The translations under genes and the position numbers were made by a program. The notes beneath the pieces are model-generated. The model was not told the origin of the DNA and did not search any database. It saw only the letters and a list, made by a program, of their open reading frames with translations. A stretch of DNA of 63,614 nucleotides, filler included, from Perkinsus chesapeaki ATCC PRA-425 (Eukaryota > Protista > Perkinsozoa): NCBI GenBank assembly GCA_013115145.1. It is 10 parts of 10 records of this genome, joined end to end, with 100 filler letters (N's around TTAATTAATTAA, not from the genome) between each part and the next. Parts side by side here need not be neighbours in the genome. Positions count along the whole stretch, not along the records: positions 1 to 18,597 come from JAAPAO010000660.1; 9 more parts are not named here. The stretch is one strand, 5' to 3'. Shown piece by piece: positions 1-12,229 of this stretch (within the stretch, counting starts at the first letter, position 1; each line of letters starts with the position of its first letter).

Positions 1-847
1 TTCTAATATTAATCCTAAGCCGGTAGCATGCAGCAGGACTGCGAGCTGCGAATAGTCAATAGTGTTTGCATATGCGTGATAAACTGTCGGATGCCATGTT
101 TAGTTCGAAGTCTGGTTGGGGCAGGGCTTTGCCAAGAGGTAATGCTAGCTGACACGACCGAAACCATTGATTGAGTAACCAACTCAGCGACTTGATTTGG
201 AACGATCTTGTGGAATACGTTATCGCTTGTTCGAATACTCAACAAGAAGCAAGAACGAACATCCAGGTGACTATGCGCACAGCAGATGCTGTTAGCAGCA
301 TCGTTGACCCTATACATCAAAACCAAGTTCCGAAGATGGTCTCAAATACCAGGGCAACGCTGAAAGACTCCTCTTCCGGAGGGAATAAATACAACACACA
401 AAGTAATTCTTGTAAATACATTTAGTTATTCTAATTATCCCTTAGTTCTAATTATCAGAGCTACTTACTGTGACTAAAGTTAACACATCTCAAGACACCC
501 GACTCCGGGGAAGTAGCGAATAGGCGGATGCACGAATGAGAGTGCACGGGTTTCAATACCACAGCGAAGAAGAATCACTTACAAAGTTAAGCTAATTGAC
601 CTTCTCATCCCTTGTTAACACAGGCTATTCTTTTACCTTTTTCTGGGTGGTGAGCCTACGCGAGTGTTGAGAATTAGCGCGCGCAATTGTTCAACCTTGT
701 GTTGTCTTCTGGGATCGATGTTGTGGGTGCTTCAAATTTTTGTGCAAATTCTTGAAGAATTGTTTCTTTAATGTAAGAAATATGCTGCAATTAGCGTGAA
801 TGAATTTTATGAGCATATTTAGGTCTTCATAAGATTTCTCTTTCCCG

Positions 848-1570
848 ATGCGTTTAATCCTCGTCGTATCTGCTGTTACCACAGTCTTCGGCTTCGGTGA
901 CTCCGCAGGGGCAACTGTAACGTGCGCAGATGGAAGCTTTGATGTATGTGATCTATCCTGCAGCCAGACCGTTGGTTGTGATCAGTCATACTGCAAAAGT
1001 AATGGTGTTTGTTTTGGCCTCTATCACAAGGATAATGTCTTCTGCTATCAGCCTGGAGGGGCTGCGAACTGTGACGATACTATTCTTGAGGCAGTCAAGT
1101 GTACCGACTATCCCTTGACTACATGCCAGAGTGTTTGTGATGGGCTTGTTGGTTGCAAAGACTCTGCCTGGGGTTCATACTGCAAATCTTGGCAAGATCC
1201 TCCGGTCTGCTTTGGCATCTTCAAGCGGTATGACGGTAGCTTGTGCCATCAGTCTGAATCCGGGTGCGAGGGTGAGCCCTACGAGTGTCATTTTGCCAAC
1301 GGCCCGGTCCAACCAACTTTGCCTAGCAGTCCTACTACCAGCCCCTATGGCAACCACAACAAGACTACATCAAAACCTGCCACTGGATACCCTGGAGCCG
1401 ACAAGCCCACAACTGCTGGCGTTCCCAAGTGGACGACCGTTAAGGTTGAGAGTCCTAGCGTGAAGGTTCCTATGCCCAGCACCGCTCCTGTGGGCGCTAT
1501 GCCGACAACTATCTCAGTTAATGCGACCGAGGCACCTAGTAGTGGTTTTTTCAGCTGGTTCGGATTCTGA
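848..1570 (+). CDS. Secreted Cys-rich protein: two tandem Cys-rich modules and a Pro/Thr/Ser-rich mucin-like stalk
   Basis: 240-aa ATG ORF with hydrophobic signal peptide (MRLILVVSAVTTVFG). Repeated motif C..C...GC....SYCK....CFG (QSYCKSNGVCFGL; GSYCKSWQDPPVCFGI), P/T/S-rich C-terminal half, ends GFFSWFGF. A paralog lies at 42344-42989. Confidence 0.75.
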   Translation: MRLILVVSAVTTVFGFGDSAGATVTCADGSFDVCDLSCSQTVGCDQSYCKSNGVCFGLYHKDNVFCYQPGGAANCDDTILEAVKCTDYPLTTCQSVCDGLVGCKDSAWGSYCKSWQDPPVCFGIFKRYDGSLCHQSESGCEGEPYECHFANGPVQPTLPSSPTTSPYGNHNKTTSKPATGYPGADKPTTAGVPKWTTVKVESPSVKVPMPSTAPVGAMPTTISVNATEAPSSGFFSWFGF

Positions 1571-1832
1571 TAGAATGATCTTTCTCAAAAGTTGATACGG
1601 ATGTATTAGTATCTTTTATTCAATCTCAATTGTGCTAAGGGAAGCACCCTTTTGTGTTGTGTGCTCTGAACTCACAGTTACTGTTAGATAATTGTTGTGT
1701 AATTGCGTAGTCTCAACTCAATTAGGCGAGCCCTTTAAATGAGTTGTGGGTTTCTCATGCAGAACAATGCAGCAAGTTGAAGCCTTTACTAGTCGAACAC
1801 TACAGCTTCAGTATTGAAAAACCTTTAGCATA

Positions 1833-4342
1833 TCAATGATTTATAAAATTATCTCGCTTGTCGGAAACCGGTGTGAACACTCCTTCTAGCGCTTCGCATG
1901 CTTGTAGCGCGGCCTGGAGTGTAACCGTCACCATGCGAACTTCCGGTGTGGGCCGTCGAGTGCCGAGGGGAGTGGGGTTGACCGCTACACAGGGAATCTG
2001 AGCTCCCCTTGGCAGTGTTGTGACCGTGACGTGTAACTCACCAGGGTCTATCTCACGTTCTCCGTCTACGAGACTATGGTCGCTAACATCAGCTACTATA
2101 CACAAGTCGTGTTTCATACCGCCCCTTCCACTGTGTTTGGGGCGGGTAATGCCCAGCACGCTGAGAACTGTCTGACCTCTGACCCCAGGCATCTGCACGA
2201 GGTAGAGCAAGATGGCTATTGCCTTCCTAGGCCTACTGTTGGAGCGTCCACCAAGGTTGACCTCTTCGCTGGCTGGCTGACCGCGGTCACTCGACGCTGA
2301 AGCGGCATGAGCTCTACTATAGGAGCGAATGACGGCGACATCTCGTATATGGACACCTGACCATTGTGGCTCCAAACGCATGTGCGATAAGAGACTCACA
2401 AAGTCTTCCTCATCGCTCGAGTACCATACAGTGAGAGCACAATCATCCATGGAAAGGTGCGAGCAGGGAAGGTTGACTCCGCCGATGTTGGACGCTGAAA
2501 AAGTCGTAACGATGACGTCCTCTTCAGAGGTTCATAACACCTAGAATGCTATTCGGTCGGCGCACATCGAAGACGGTCGCGCTGGCTGCTGCGGTGCCAA
2601 CGACGACCACATGCCCTCGTTGAGCGATGGTTCGAGGCATCGGAACCGATGCTAGTCCTCCAATCGCCATCGACATTCCTGAACGGTAGCGTGAGGCGCA
2701 GGTTCGAATCCCAGAGACGACACCTCCCATTCTGGCGTCCCAAGCGTTGACTGCCGAGTCGCCGGTTGAGCCTACGATCCAGGATGGGTTTATGACACGA
2801 TCAAGCGCCACGAGACCTCCTCTATCCAAAGGCATGTCCCACGATGACACTAACTGGAGACACGACACAAAAATCGGCACGCATGCACACGAAAGATGAC
2901 TCACCGCTTGCGTCTCGAGATCGAAGACATCGATGCTGCCTCTACAGTGGGGGTGGTAGCCTGGCAGACACGTGCTCCTGCCGACGACTACCTCCCGATT
3001 GGGGATGTCCATGGACAGACCGGCCAACCACGGAGATGAACTTGTCTGGCATTCAAATAGACTTGATCGCAGTAGTGGCCTCCCCTACCCTGGAACTCGT
3101 CCCTCGACCCAGATGAGTTCGACCAAGCACGGTCAAAGTTGGATCGTGGAGGTCTCGCCAGTAGAGTACACCATCGCCTACACAGGTGTGATGAGGCTAC
3201 GAGGAGGCAACGTACCAGCGTGGAGGAGGATGTCCTGTGATGACGATGAGTCCATTGGCGGGATATCTAGGAGCTCACACTGACGCTTGCAAGGTCGGGA
3301 TGTCGAGGCGGCACGCTTGCCTGATGAAGGCCATTCTGGTGATGCGCATCTACTCTAGAATCTAGAGTCTAAATAAGCCATGGAGAGTATCATCAATGAT
3401 AAGTTACTATACAATTACCATGTAACTTGATGATGACTCCGTTGATGAACAACAACAATAAGAGCAAGTAGAGATCTTCTCTCACGACGCTCTATAATGA
3501 TCGAAGTACGAAGAGTCATAGCGAATGGAAAGTAGGCATTCTTTCTTCGGCGGCTTCCTCAACTGAGCCCTAACTATTACTCATCGAACTGCCATAACAA
3601 ATGGACTCGTGCTAGGCCACCTACCCGCCTTCGGAAATCTACCACAATTCAGCAGAACTCTCGTCAGCATATACAGCCAACTGGACGCATACAGACGAGC
3701 AATATTGGTAATAATAAATGTGCAAGTTTATATCGCATATCAATGAACCCCTTTCCTTCTCGATACCTCCATCAATCTGGAAGAGATGTATCTCCGAGTT
3801 ACCAACTGTGCAGGCTACAATAGATCCACTATGACGTATACATCCGATGCCTTCACTAAGCGGACTAAGAAAACTCAAACAGCAAGTTGGTTCTTCATCA
3901 CACCTATCAGCACTAGAGCCACTTGTTGCCAGAGTCACCATGAGCGTCCTAGTGGGTTTAGGTTGCTCATTCCCAGCAACTGCAATAAAACCCTCGCTCG
4001 ACCACCGGCCGCATCGGAGACTCTCCTGCCTCACAAGGAGCGGTGCATCAACTTCTGCGGTGTGTAAGTCGTTTTGTGGAGGAACTGAAAAGGACTCCGC
4101 ATATCAGTCGAGAACATCCGAGTAGTTTACCTCGCGTTTTGCCAGCAGTTTTCCTGTTGTCTGTAACTGCATCGATCGCCACGCCGTAGGCATGGACTGT
4201 CGCCTTGGTAAAATGACAAAACTGAACAAACAATTAACGCGCACTGACTGCTCGTTGCAGAGCCGTTACTCGCTTGAGGTGCCACTGGATAGATTCTCTT
4301 TGCTCGTCGGTGCTCTCGGAAGCCTCTTCGGGTACTCCCCAA
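1833..4342 (-). CDS. Multi-exon WD40/beta-propeller-like protein (bounds approximate)
   Basis: Minus-strand ORFs 4127-4342, 3639-4034, 2524-3027 and 1833-2450 with WD-like segments (GSTGDSAVNAWDAR, ATVFDVRR, IVACTVGNSEIHLFQI). Splice structure not fully resolved. Confidence 0.4.
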
Positions 4343-4878
4343 AATGTATCGATCATAGTGCTCAACACTCGCCGGTCTAATATACCTGTGCGGGTCGACA
4401 GTTCAAAAACACTTGAGAAATATTTATCAAATTTTGCGCAAAAATTTCGGTGAAACCGCCGCCCAGTTGGCCCGCAGTATCCATGCTACTCTGCGAAATA
4501 GGGCTCGAGGAAAGGGGCCGTAAAATAAACCGAGTTCTAAGTTCAGAATCGATTCCAGAACTGCTTTACTATCTGATGCTTGAATCCATTCTGAACCCCA
4601 GAATTGATTTAATGAACATGGGATCTCAACTTCGCTTCATAAAAGCTGCAGAAATCTGAAGGTGAGCTGAAAATGGATAAAACGGAAAAGCAGTCCGATG
4701 CAAATTATTGCAAAATAAGATCCATACATGGGTTACATGATATGGAGCTCCCAAAGAGTAAAGTCTGGTTTGAAATGGAGTAAACAGCTGATTTATGTGT
4801 ACGATATAATCAACATCAATTTAGTAATGAAGCGTCCAATATGATCTTCAGCAGCGGTTGAGATCGATTTCCCGCCCT

Positions 4879-6314
4879 CTAACAGCTCACCTGTCGCAGG
4901 TGACCGACTGCTAGTATACTGAACCATCTTCTGAGCGCCACTGTATCTGATATACACTCTAACTCATACTGAGGTAGGATTGTATCGGACCTAGAGCTCG
5001 CCAGGGCCAGTGATGCGTGGAACACCTCTATTGGAGAGAGGAATGTCATTATTGTTATCCACGTATCGGGGCACATCGCTGCCATAGCACACTCGAGGGT
5101 GGTTGCTACTTGGGAAACAGAGTCCGTGATACCACATGATGGAGAGGACACCGATGCTGCCGGGTGATGAGCTGCAAAGGAGAAGAAGAAGCCATCTAGG
5201 GATAACGACCGGCTTGGCAGATGCACACTGATGAGTGTTCTCCGCAACTGCCCGAAGAACTCGGCAAGGCCCGCTTACTTCCGTTAAAATCTTCCTGTAT
5301 TCGCTTCTTACTCTCATCAGTTTTACGTGCGCGACGGGCATCTCGACGGGTTGAAAACAATCGTATAAAGTGCTCCCAGAGCGCCGCGCTGGACTCGCCT
5401 GATGGCACCGACTGCTTCATGCAACCATGCAAGTCGTTACCCCCATCACGAGCCCATACGATTTTCTTGTCGTATTCAACAAAGCTAATCCATGACAGTT
5501 CTTTGATATTAAAATATTGCCAAGCCGGATGCCTGAGCGTCGGAGTTGGGAAGCCGAAGATTCAGCGATGACGGGTGATGACCTGTCGAGCGCCGTCATC
5601 GATCCACCACTCTTCGGCAACACCGACATATCTCCGAGAATCTTCAAACGCAGATTGGAGTGTTCGTACCTTCGTTGCGTAAAACTGAGAAGCCTCGATC
5701 TTCCTACTTGCAACGGGACCCGAAAATGCAAGGCTTTCCCCATGTACAAAACCAACATAACTTTTTTCGCCGCGCGTTGTCTACTAGAACCTGCCAAGCT
5801 AGTAGCCTATCAGTGAAGCGGGCAGACTGCTCCTAACTGTGAAGTGAGTGTAACCCCCTCCTCCCCGTTGAGTGCTGGAGTGACTCTCCTCTGGAGCGAA
5901 GGAGGTTTCGTCCGCATCAAGGTCGTATTGAATTCTGTTGAGTACGTCACCGATGATCACGTTCCCGCCAGCGAGATCACGCAAATCTCTTTTGGTCGGT
6001 TGACTGGCGTAATGTTTTGTATCGTGAAGGGCCATGCAAAGGCACTTGCACTTGTGGGTAGGAACTAGCAAATAAGGTCAGGGATAACTCAATGGTAGCG
6101 GAGGGGCCTGGTTGAAAAGTCGTACGCATGCACATGAGTCGCGCACGCATGTACAAGTGTGGTGGGCCGGTGAAGACGATCGTCTACAGTAATTGATGAG
6201 CCTGATTTCCCAACACTCTGTCCTCAACGAATCGTGGTCTGGATTATAGCAAGCGGAAGACTGGGCAGCGTCGCTCAGGCGTTTTTGGGTTGGACTCTGT
6301 AGACTCCTACGCAC
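4879..6314 (-). CDS. Multi-exon hypothetical gene(s); the 4879-5140 part has a weak F-box-like start
   Basis: Protein-like ORF segments (RDLRDLAGGNVIIGDVLNRIQYDLD; AALWEHFIRLFSTRRD; CPDTWITIMTFLSPIEVFHAS). Exons not resolved. Confidence 0.25.
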
Positions 6315-6450
6315 TAGCGAGAAGTCCGAAGGTGTAAGACATCACTCCTGCGGAGTTTAGATCGCCTTTTGAAAACACATAAAGGACCTCCTCCACTGTG
6401 AAGCTCCTAGTGGCTAAACCAACCTTAAACTCAATGATACATCGGATGCT

Positions 6451-8116
6451 TCACAGAAGCCGCTGACTCATCCCAACATGCGTTATTTTAGCATTATCAG
6501 ACCTCGCTCGACGGCTCACTCCAGGATATCGAATCACAGGCCTTCTGCTGCCGCTGGCGCCTCTTTCCTCCCACAGGATGCCTTGCCCAGGCCGATGGAC
6601 GCTATAGCGATCAAACGAACGATCGGTGTTCCGGCCACAACGCTGGGCCGGAACTCCTTTTACGCGCAGCGTGGAGCTCTTGGAACGGAGTTCATTGGCT
6701 TCGTCATTTGAGCCTCCGGTAGTCTCGGCCTTTGACCCGTTCTTTTTAATGCGCTTGGATCCCTCATATAAATGTTTCCTAGTTGCATGTCTCGCTTCAC
6801 TGTTCACCACTTCGCTCTTCGCGGGCTCGGAGACCTTGCTTTCTGCGACTTGCTGCCTCGCCAACTCCGGAGTAGTTGCTCGGCGAATCTCCGAAGTGAC
6901 ATTGCTGTCCTCTAGGTACTCAGGGCGAGGTTGCCGCAATGGCAAGTCCCCTGATCAGAGGTGAACCGCTAAACGACCAAACGTTCTCAGGTCACCGCTC
7001 AGTAACTGCGGAGCTCTGCGGTCCACCAAAGCTCGTTCCTCTCGTGTCAGTGTGGCCCTTTGTCCTTCTGTGGCCGCCTGAGTTGTCAATAATGAATAGA
7101 CTTCACTAACAGTGTTAACTTGGTAGATTAAGAGACATGACAATATCGATGAGACCGACTTGTTTCAAAAGGATCTCTAACTTTCCGATGAGCCTTCGCT
7201 GCCGCCGATTCAGCTCTTGAACGTACCTAAGTATCACTTCGGACTGTACAACAATTTCTACTAACTTAGTTCGGAGTTCACTCCTTGCTTGATGTCGGCC
7301 ATATGCAGCAAGATGCCCTGAACGTATCAGATCTCTGTGTAGTGGTTCGTCGCTGAAGGGGCACATTGTTGGTTGCACCACGGAGGTGAGGTAAACTATC
7401 GTCTCACTTGTTCGCCAGTCCATCCAACCATTCTTGTCTCTCATGCTCGGCTGCCAGGGCTGAAGCTCTGGCTGCCTGTAATAGAGCGATCCATCCAGTT
7501 CCAAATGTGATGCGAGATAGGATATCCAAGAATAGGACGACGTGAAGGATTCCTCTATTTACAATCTTGTGCGATCGAATGAAGCAAGTGAGCCGGTTAG
7601 CTCTTAATCTGTGACTCAGGCCGCGCGTAAGGCAAAGCTTACCTGTTCGTTCAGTTCTCTGACGGCCATAGTCTCTCTAATCAGCCTGCTAAGCCGATGT
7701 AGCCGTTGATGGTGAAGCCGTACTCGCGGCTCAGGCTCATTAATTGATACTGTCACCCTCTCCCGAGCTTCATCCTTCTCCACCTAACTGCGGTGCGTCG
7801 GTTTCGTATCTATCAATCGTCCCACATTCTTCAGCTGACCAGCTGGGATCTCCAAGTCTGTAAGGTTCCCTGTGTCGCTGGTATCCTCTTCTTCACCCTT
7901 CGTTCCCGGAGCTCCATGGGCGGTGCCAGTGTCATCGATGCATATATCAATGCGCTGGTGCTCTCGATCAATGTCCAACGCGCTCAGGCGTTGTAGTGCC
8001 TCGGTGAGCCTCAGGTCCTGGTCTCTCAAGTGACTTCTGACTAAAGCTAGCTCCAGCCGTAGTGCAAAGTTCTCTTGGGTGAGCGTCGATATTTCCAGTT
8101 GTGTTCGTCGAGACAT
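6451..8116 (-). CDS. Multi-exon coiled-coil protein
   Basis: ATG at 8116 and heptad-rich N-terminus (EISTLTQENFALRLELALVRSHL). Further exons at about 7140-7500 and 6451-7110 with coiled-coil and low-complexity segments. Confidence 0.45.
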
Positions 8117-8508
8117 TGCAAAAGTATCAAATAATGCATGCCCGCCAATCTAATCGGTTGCTGGTTACAGACCCGCATTAGATTTCGCAATGGCGAGTAG
8201 CAGATGCGATGGATATTGTGTATATTATAATTCATAGTCTATATAGATCTATTGTGTCCAATGGACACTGACAATGTGTTATCGACGGACCAGCCCCAGT
8301 GATGAGCCACAAGATTGAGACTGGAAGCTTGCCATCGAGGCCTACTCCAGACTTAAACGTCATTCGTTTCATGCTAGCTTTGCTGTGTATTCGATTTCAT
8401 TAGCTGTACTTTAAACCCTCGAATGAGCTCTGGACTTCTGTCTGTTACTGAGTTGGTTTTCCCACTAAAACTAAGTTCAACTTAACACTGGAGCTTCAAG
8501 AAACAAAG

Positions 8509-10026
8509 TCACACGAAATCATCCCTAATTCGTGCCATCCTCTCCCACACAACCCTGAGCTCTTCCTCACAGTCACTAGGAATCAACGGACCATCGCCAT
8601 CAACAGGGTGATAGAAATTATGCCCGAGCCACTCGCGAACAAGTGCCGTAGCAAAACAGCCTGGTGGTAGCGAGAACGTCAACACAAGAGAATCTTTTTG
8701 TGGTCGGTGCCACTGAAGGTTGATTGGTCTTATGAGCAATTCTCGGGCTTCTTTGGCAGGACCGTAGCCTCCGTTCATCGAAGAGACCTTAAGTTCGTCG
8801 AGAACGTTGTCAATAAATTTCCCGGCCTTGTTCTTCGGCTTCAAGCTGCCGGTAATCGGTAATGGCAAGCAAACGTGGCGTCCACTGACGTCTGTCTTTC
8901 CGCCATCCCAAACGTGAGGAGGGAAGTGGTGGACAGATCCACCGGGACCATTGATGACCAAATCACCAGCAATAGGGTTAACGCCGAGCTCAGATACTCG
9001 AAATTGAGCCACGTAATTCCAAAGAAGGCTATGCCAGGAATGCACGTACGTCGACCGCTGCGATTGACTGATAGCCTTCTTCCAGTCGACATCTTTGCTC
9101 GATTGTTTCTCAGCAGCCGTCAGCAACAAACGCATATAGTGGGCCTCGAGTCCACTACCGAGAGAATCGTAGACAGCTCTGATGGCACCATCTTTCAGCT
9201 TCAAACGAGTCCAGTCGCGACCCTTGGGACAGAGGCCAATGAGCATACACACCACGGCCTCAAGAGGGTCACCCTGATCCAAGTACCGACCAACAATAGG
9301 CGAATTGAACCTTGGTGAGCCGAACCGTTGAAGGCCGAAAAAGTTGACAAAACCGTTATCTCGTATCCTCTTGAGAGCCTCGTCATGCTTGGCATGGCCG
9401 ATGATCCGTGGATCACCCACGAAAGTGAGCTGAAACCAGTTACCCTCCAGAGCTCCCCAAGTAAGGGGCGCATGAGCGCCTGTAGGGTCGCCAAGCTCAA
9501 AGGGAAGGGTCTCTCCACGCCTCGATGCGAAAAACAAGTTCTGGAATTGCACTTGAGGAATCGTTATATACTGCATAGTGTCAGCGCCCTTGTCCTTTCG
9601 ACCAGCATATGTTATCAATGCCGGATCGCACTTTGCCGTTTCAGCCATATGTCTGACGCAGGTATCGGTCTCCATCTTTGTTTTATGTAAAGTCAATCTT
9701 ACGTAGGGCGAAGTGTTAACATCGTGACCGAGGCTGTGGGGTAGAAGATACTCGCAAAGATTAGTTTTGAATCCAACCGGTGCTCCCTCATTGCCAAGAG
9801 GAATCTCGCGAACCACGAAATGCTCAGGCGCCAGTGTAAGGTCGGCTTTGAGGTCGGTTTGGAGCTCTGTGCCATGGCGCGTCCATAGAAGATTCCCTTC
9901 AAATGGACGGTCCCAATCAGCCAGAACCGTTTCGGTGTTCATACCAAGTAGCTTGTGTAGTTCTCGAGACCCAATGACCCTTTGGGGGACAGCATTCAGA
10001 CGTTTCACACAGTGGACGCGTAACAT
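8509..10026 (-). CDS. PUS7: TruD/PUS7-family pseudouridine synthase, intronless
   Basis: 505-aa ORF with TruD motifs: FVVREI, YAGRKDKGADTMQYIT (catalytic Asp), LEGNWF, GFVNFFGLQRFG, FSLPPGCFATALVREW. Confidence 0.92.
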   Translation of the reverse strand: MLRVHCVKRLNAVPQRVIGSRELHKLLGMNTETVLADWDRPFEGNLLWTRHGTELQTDLKADLTLAPEHFVVREIPLGNEGAPVGFKTNLCEYLLPHSLGHDVNTSPYVRLTLHKTKMETDTCVRHMAETAKCDPALITYAGRKDKGADTMQYITIPQVQFQNLFFASRRGETLPFELGDPTGAHAPLTWGALEGNWFQLTFVGDPRIIGHAKHDEALKRIRDNGFVNFFGLQRFGSPRFNSPIVGRYLDQGDPLEAVVCMLIGLCPKGRDWTRLKLKDGAIRAVYDSLGSGLEAHYMRLLLTAAEKQSSKDVDWKKAISQSQRSTYVHSWHSLLWNYVAQFRVSELGVNPIAGDLVINGPGGSVHHFPPHVWDGGKTDVSGRHVCLPLPITGSLKPKNKAGKFIDNVLDELKVSSMNGGYGPAKEARELLIRPINLQWHRPQKDSLVLTFSLPPGCFATALVREWLGHNFYHPVDGDGPLIPSDCEEELRVVWERMARIRDDFV

Positions 10027-10308
10027 TTATGATCAACCTCAACAACTGACTCCGCGACAAGCTTGCTATACGATAGGGTAGATACACACAGGCTTCCAGC
10101 AAGTAATACACAGGAACTTCTTTTGTGCTCGAAAGGAACACAATAATTGTCCCGTAAATTATTAACGAAATTTTTATAATCTTTCATGGATCAATTAAGA
10201 GTGAACGAACTCGTTACAGATTACCATATCAACTATCGTGCCAAATTCGATTCAGTTCACCGTACATGACAATGCGACTGTTGGCCCAAATACCGACCCT
10301 ACTGTGCA

Positions 10309-11926
10309 TTAGTCATATTCAAGTCCGTATTCTCTCGAATCTATCGGGTAGTTAAAGCGAGGGGGTGAGAGACCACTAATAACGCAACACCGTTGAGGAA
10401 GATGCGTCGGTGCCACAGGGGTCTTAATCGACGACTTAATGGTCCTCAATCGATCCATGCTTGAAGGGTAACTCACCGTATGGCAGCAGCGAGATCTAAT
10501 TAGCGGGACAAAGGATAGTTCAGTAGTATAAAGCAGCTGCTGTAGCTGATGTCTCGGATTCAAGTGAAGTGCTTGTAATGTACGCGACGACAATGGTACA
10601 GAGACATTCTTATAGTTACCAATCAACCGCCGACCTCAGGTTGCCGAGGCAGAAGCTATAGCGATCAAGGCATCAGTGGCCTCCAAACGGAAAGCACATA
10701 AACATTCTCGACTGTTGAAATCGGTGATGAATATATCAGTTTGACGACCTTTTACGAAAGCCAGCTTGGGGAAGAGATGTTTAACAATCCACATGCTGAA
10801 TAAGTCAATACATAAATCAATCACTTGAGCACCAGTAACCGGGTGAGTGTATCTGATGTAGCAGTCAGGTGATCTTAATCCTTACAAACCGCTACATACA
10901 AAATTGGACATTTGTTTGGAAATCCGATAAAGAATCAGAGGCACTTTTGTCGACTCATCTGTAAATTTTATTCGATATAAATTTCACCAGAGCAATGACG
11001 AAATTCAATCGCCGAATGCCGTGAAAATCGTGGCATAGTCGCACCGAGGATCGAACCCGAGACCTTTTCTTGCGCACAAAATCAGGACTCCGCATACAAG
11101 GACGCGCTAATGATGCTATCTGCTTACCTTCGCATCGAGCACGCCGCCTCTCCGAACGCTTTTCGGATCGCCTCGGCGTCCTTGGGGCCTTTGACCGGTA
11201 AATGCTTCAAAGCCGCTCCTGCCGGCTGCAAAATAAATGCCAAGTTATCATCAAGTAGCTGAACAAGATCTGAAGTGTTTGGCTGCGGTCCAGCTCGACG
11301 TAGAAGTGAGTGCATAGCATTAATATCGTTGAACTTATGCAGGGTGCTTATCTGTTAATGACATCCTATAAGGCATGCTCCGCACCAGGACTCACCTCGA
11401 TGCTCCCACACGTTAAAGAGAATACCAGATATCCGGAATCTCTACTAGTCTGGGGAACCATCTCTGGAAAGCGCTGTGACAACAGGCCGCCTTTTGCCGA
11501 TGAAAATGGCTGTACCGGGGATCGAACCACCGATCCCATCTGAAAGGCTTATACAGATGACAGGCCTGTCGCATGTGCCTCACCACAGTAGTCAACAATG
11601 TTGCACCTTCTCCCATTTCTTTTCCATGACGCCCTTCACTAACACTAACAGCTTGGACGTAGTCGACCATGTAAGGGACGTTATAGGGCGGACGGTCGCT
11701 CACCGGCGAGGCCTCTGATTTAGGGGAGCTCAAATCTGCATTAATCGACGAGCCAGGGAACGAGCCGAACGTTGCCGGGCGAAGCGTGAAGGGGAGCGGC
11801 GATCTCACCAGAGGCGGTCAGCGTGTCGATGTCTCCGTAGGGCTTCGCATAAGCAGCAGAAGCGCTGTTATCATCGGAACGTCGGGTGAAGAGTCCAAGT
11901 ACCATGATTGAAAGAAAAGCTTCCAC
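10309..11926 (-). CDS. Multi-exon hypothetical protein
   Basis: Exon-like ORFs at 11741-11926, about 11585-11720, 11395-11462, 11124-11315, 10636-10855 and 10309-10500, with GTGAG/GTAAG donors (e.g. AAG|GTAAGC near 11127). No family recognised. Confidence 0.4.
11035..11124 (-). other. Degenerate tRNA-like sequence (A-box-like and B-box/T-arm) inside an intron
   Basis: Reverse strand TAGCATCATTAGCGCG ... AAGGTCTCGGGTTCGATCCTCGG. The T-arm pairs, but no matching acceptor stem is found. Confidence 0.35.
11500..11545 (-). other. tRNA 3'-half-like relic (B-box plus T-run) inside an intron
   Basis: Reverse strand GGTGGTTCGATCCCCGGTACAGCCA followed by TTTT. Confidence 0.35.
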
Positions 11927-12229
11927 AAGTTACAAGGGCATACTATTATTGCTGTTCGTGTTGGCGAGACTTGAGCAATTTTACAACATCTTCCTAGCAG
12001 GTTAGCATCAATACAACTATCTGAAGTAATAGACTATGTGATGAAGTGGCAGAAGTTACGGCTGTAGCATTCTCCGGTCACCAGAAGAATCAACCATCAC
12101 GATGACTGTTAAAATGAGCGATTGATCTAGCGCCCGCCCGAATAATCGATGAGATTCGTCAGCGGTTGGTTCACTACTCTTATAAATGATAATTGGTTGG
12201 GAAAAACGAACCATTCCTCTCCGCAATGA

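Noticed and set aside
2695-2720. GCAGGTTCGAATCCC tRNA T-loop-like match
   Set aside because: The stem does not pair, there is no D arm, and it lies within a probable exon on the other strand.
11585-11640. GATLLTTVVRH resembling the LicD GTLLGAVRH motif
   Set aside because: The match crosses a probable splice donor, and no DxD motif follows in a consistent frame.
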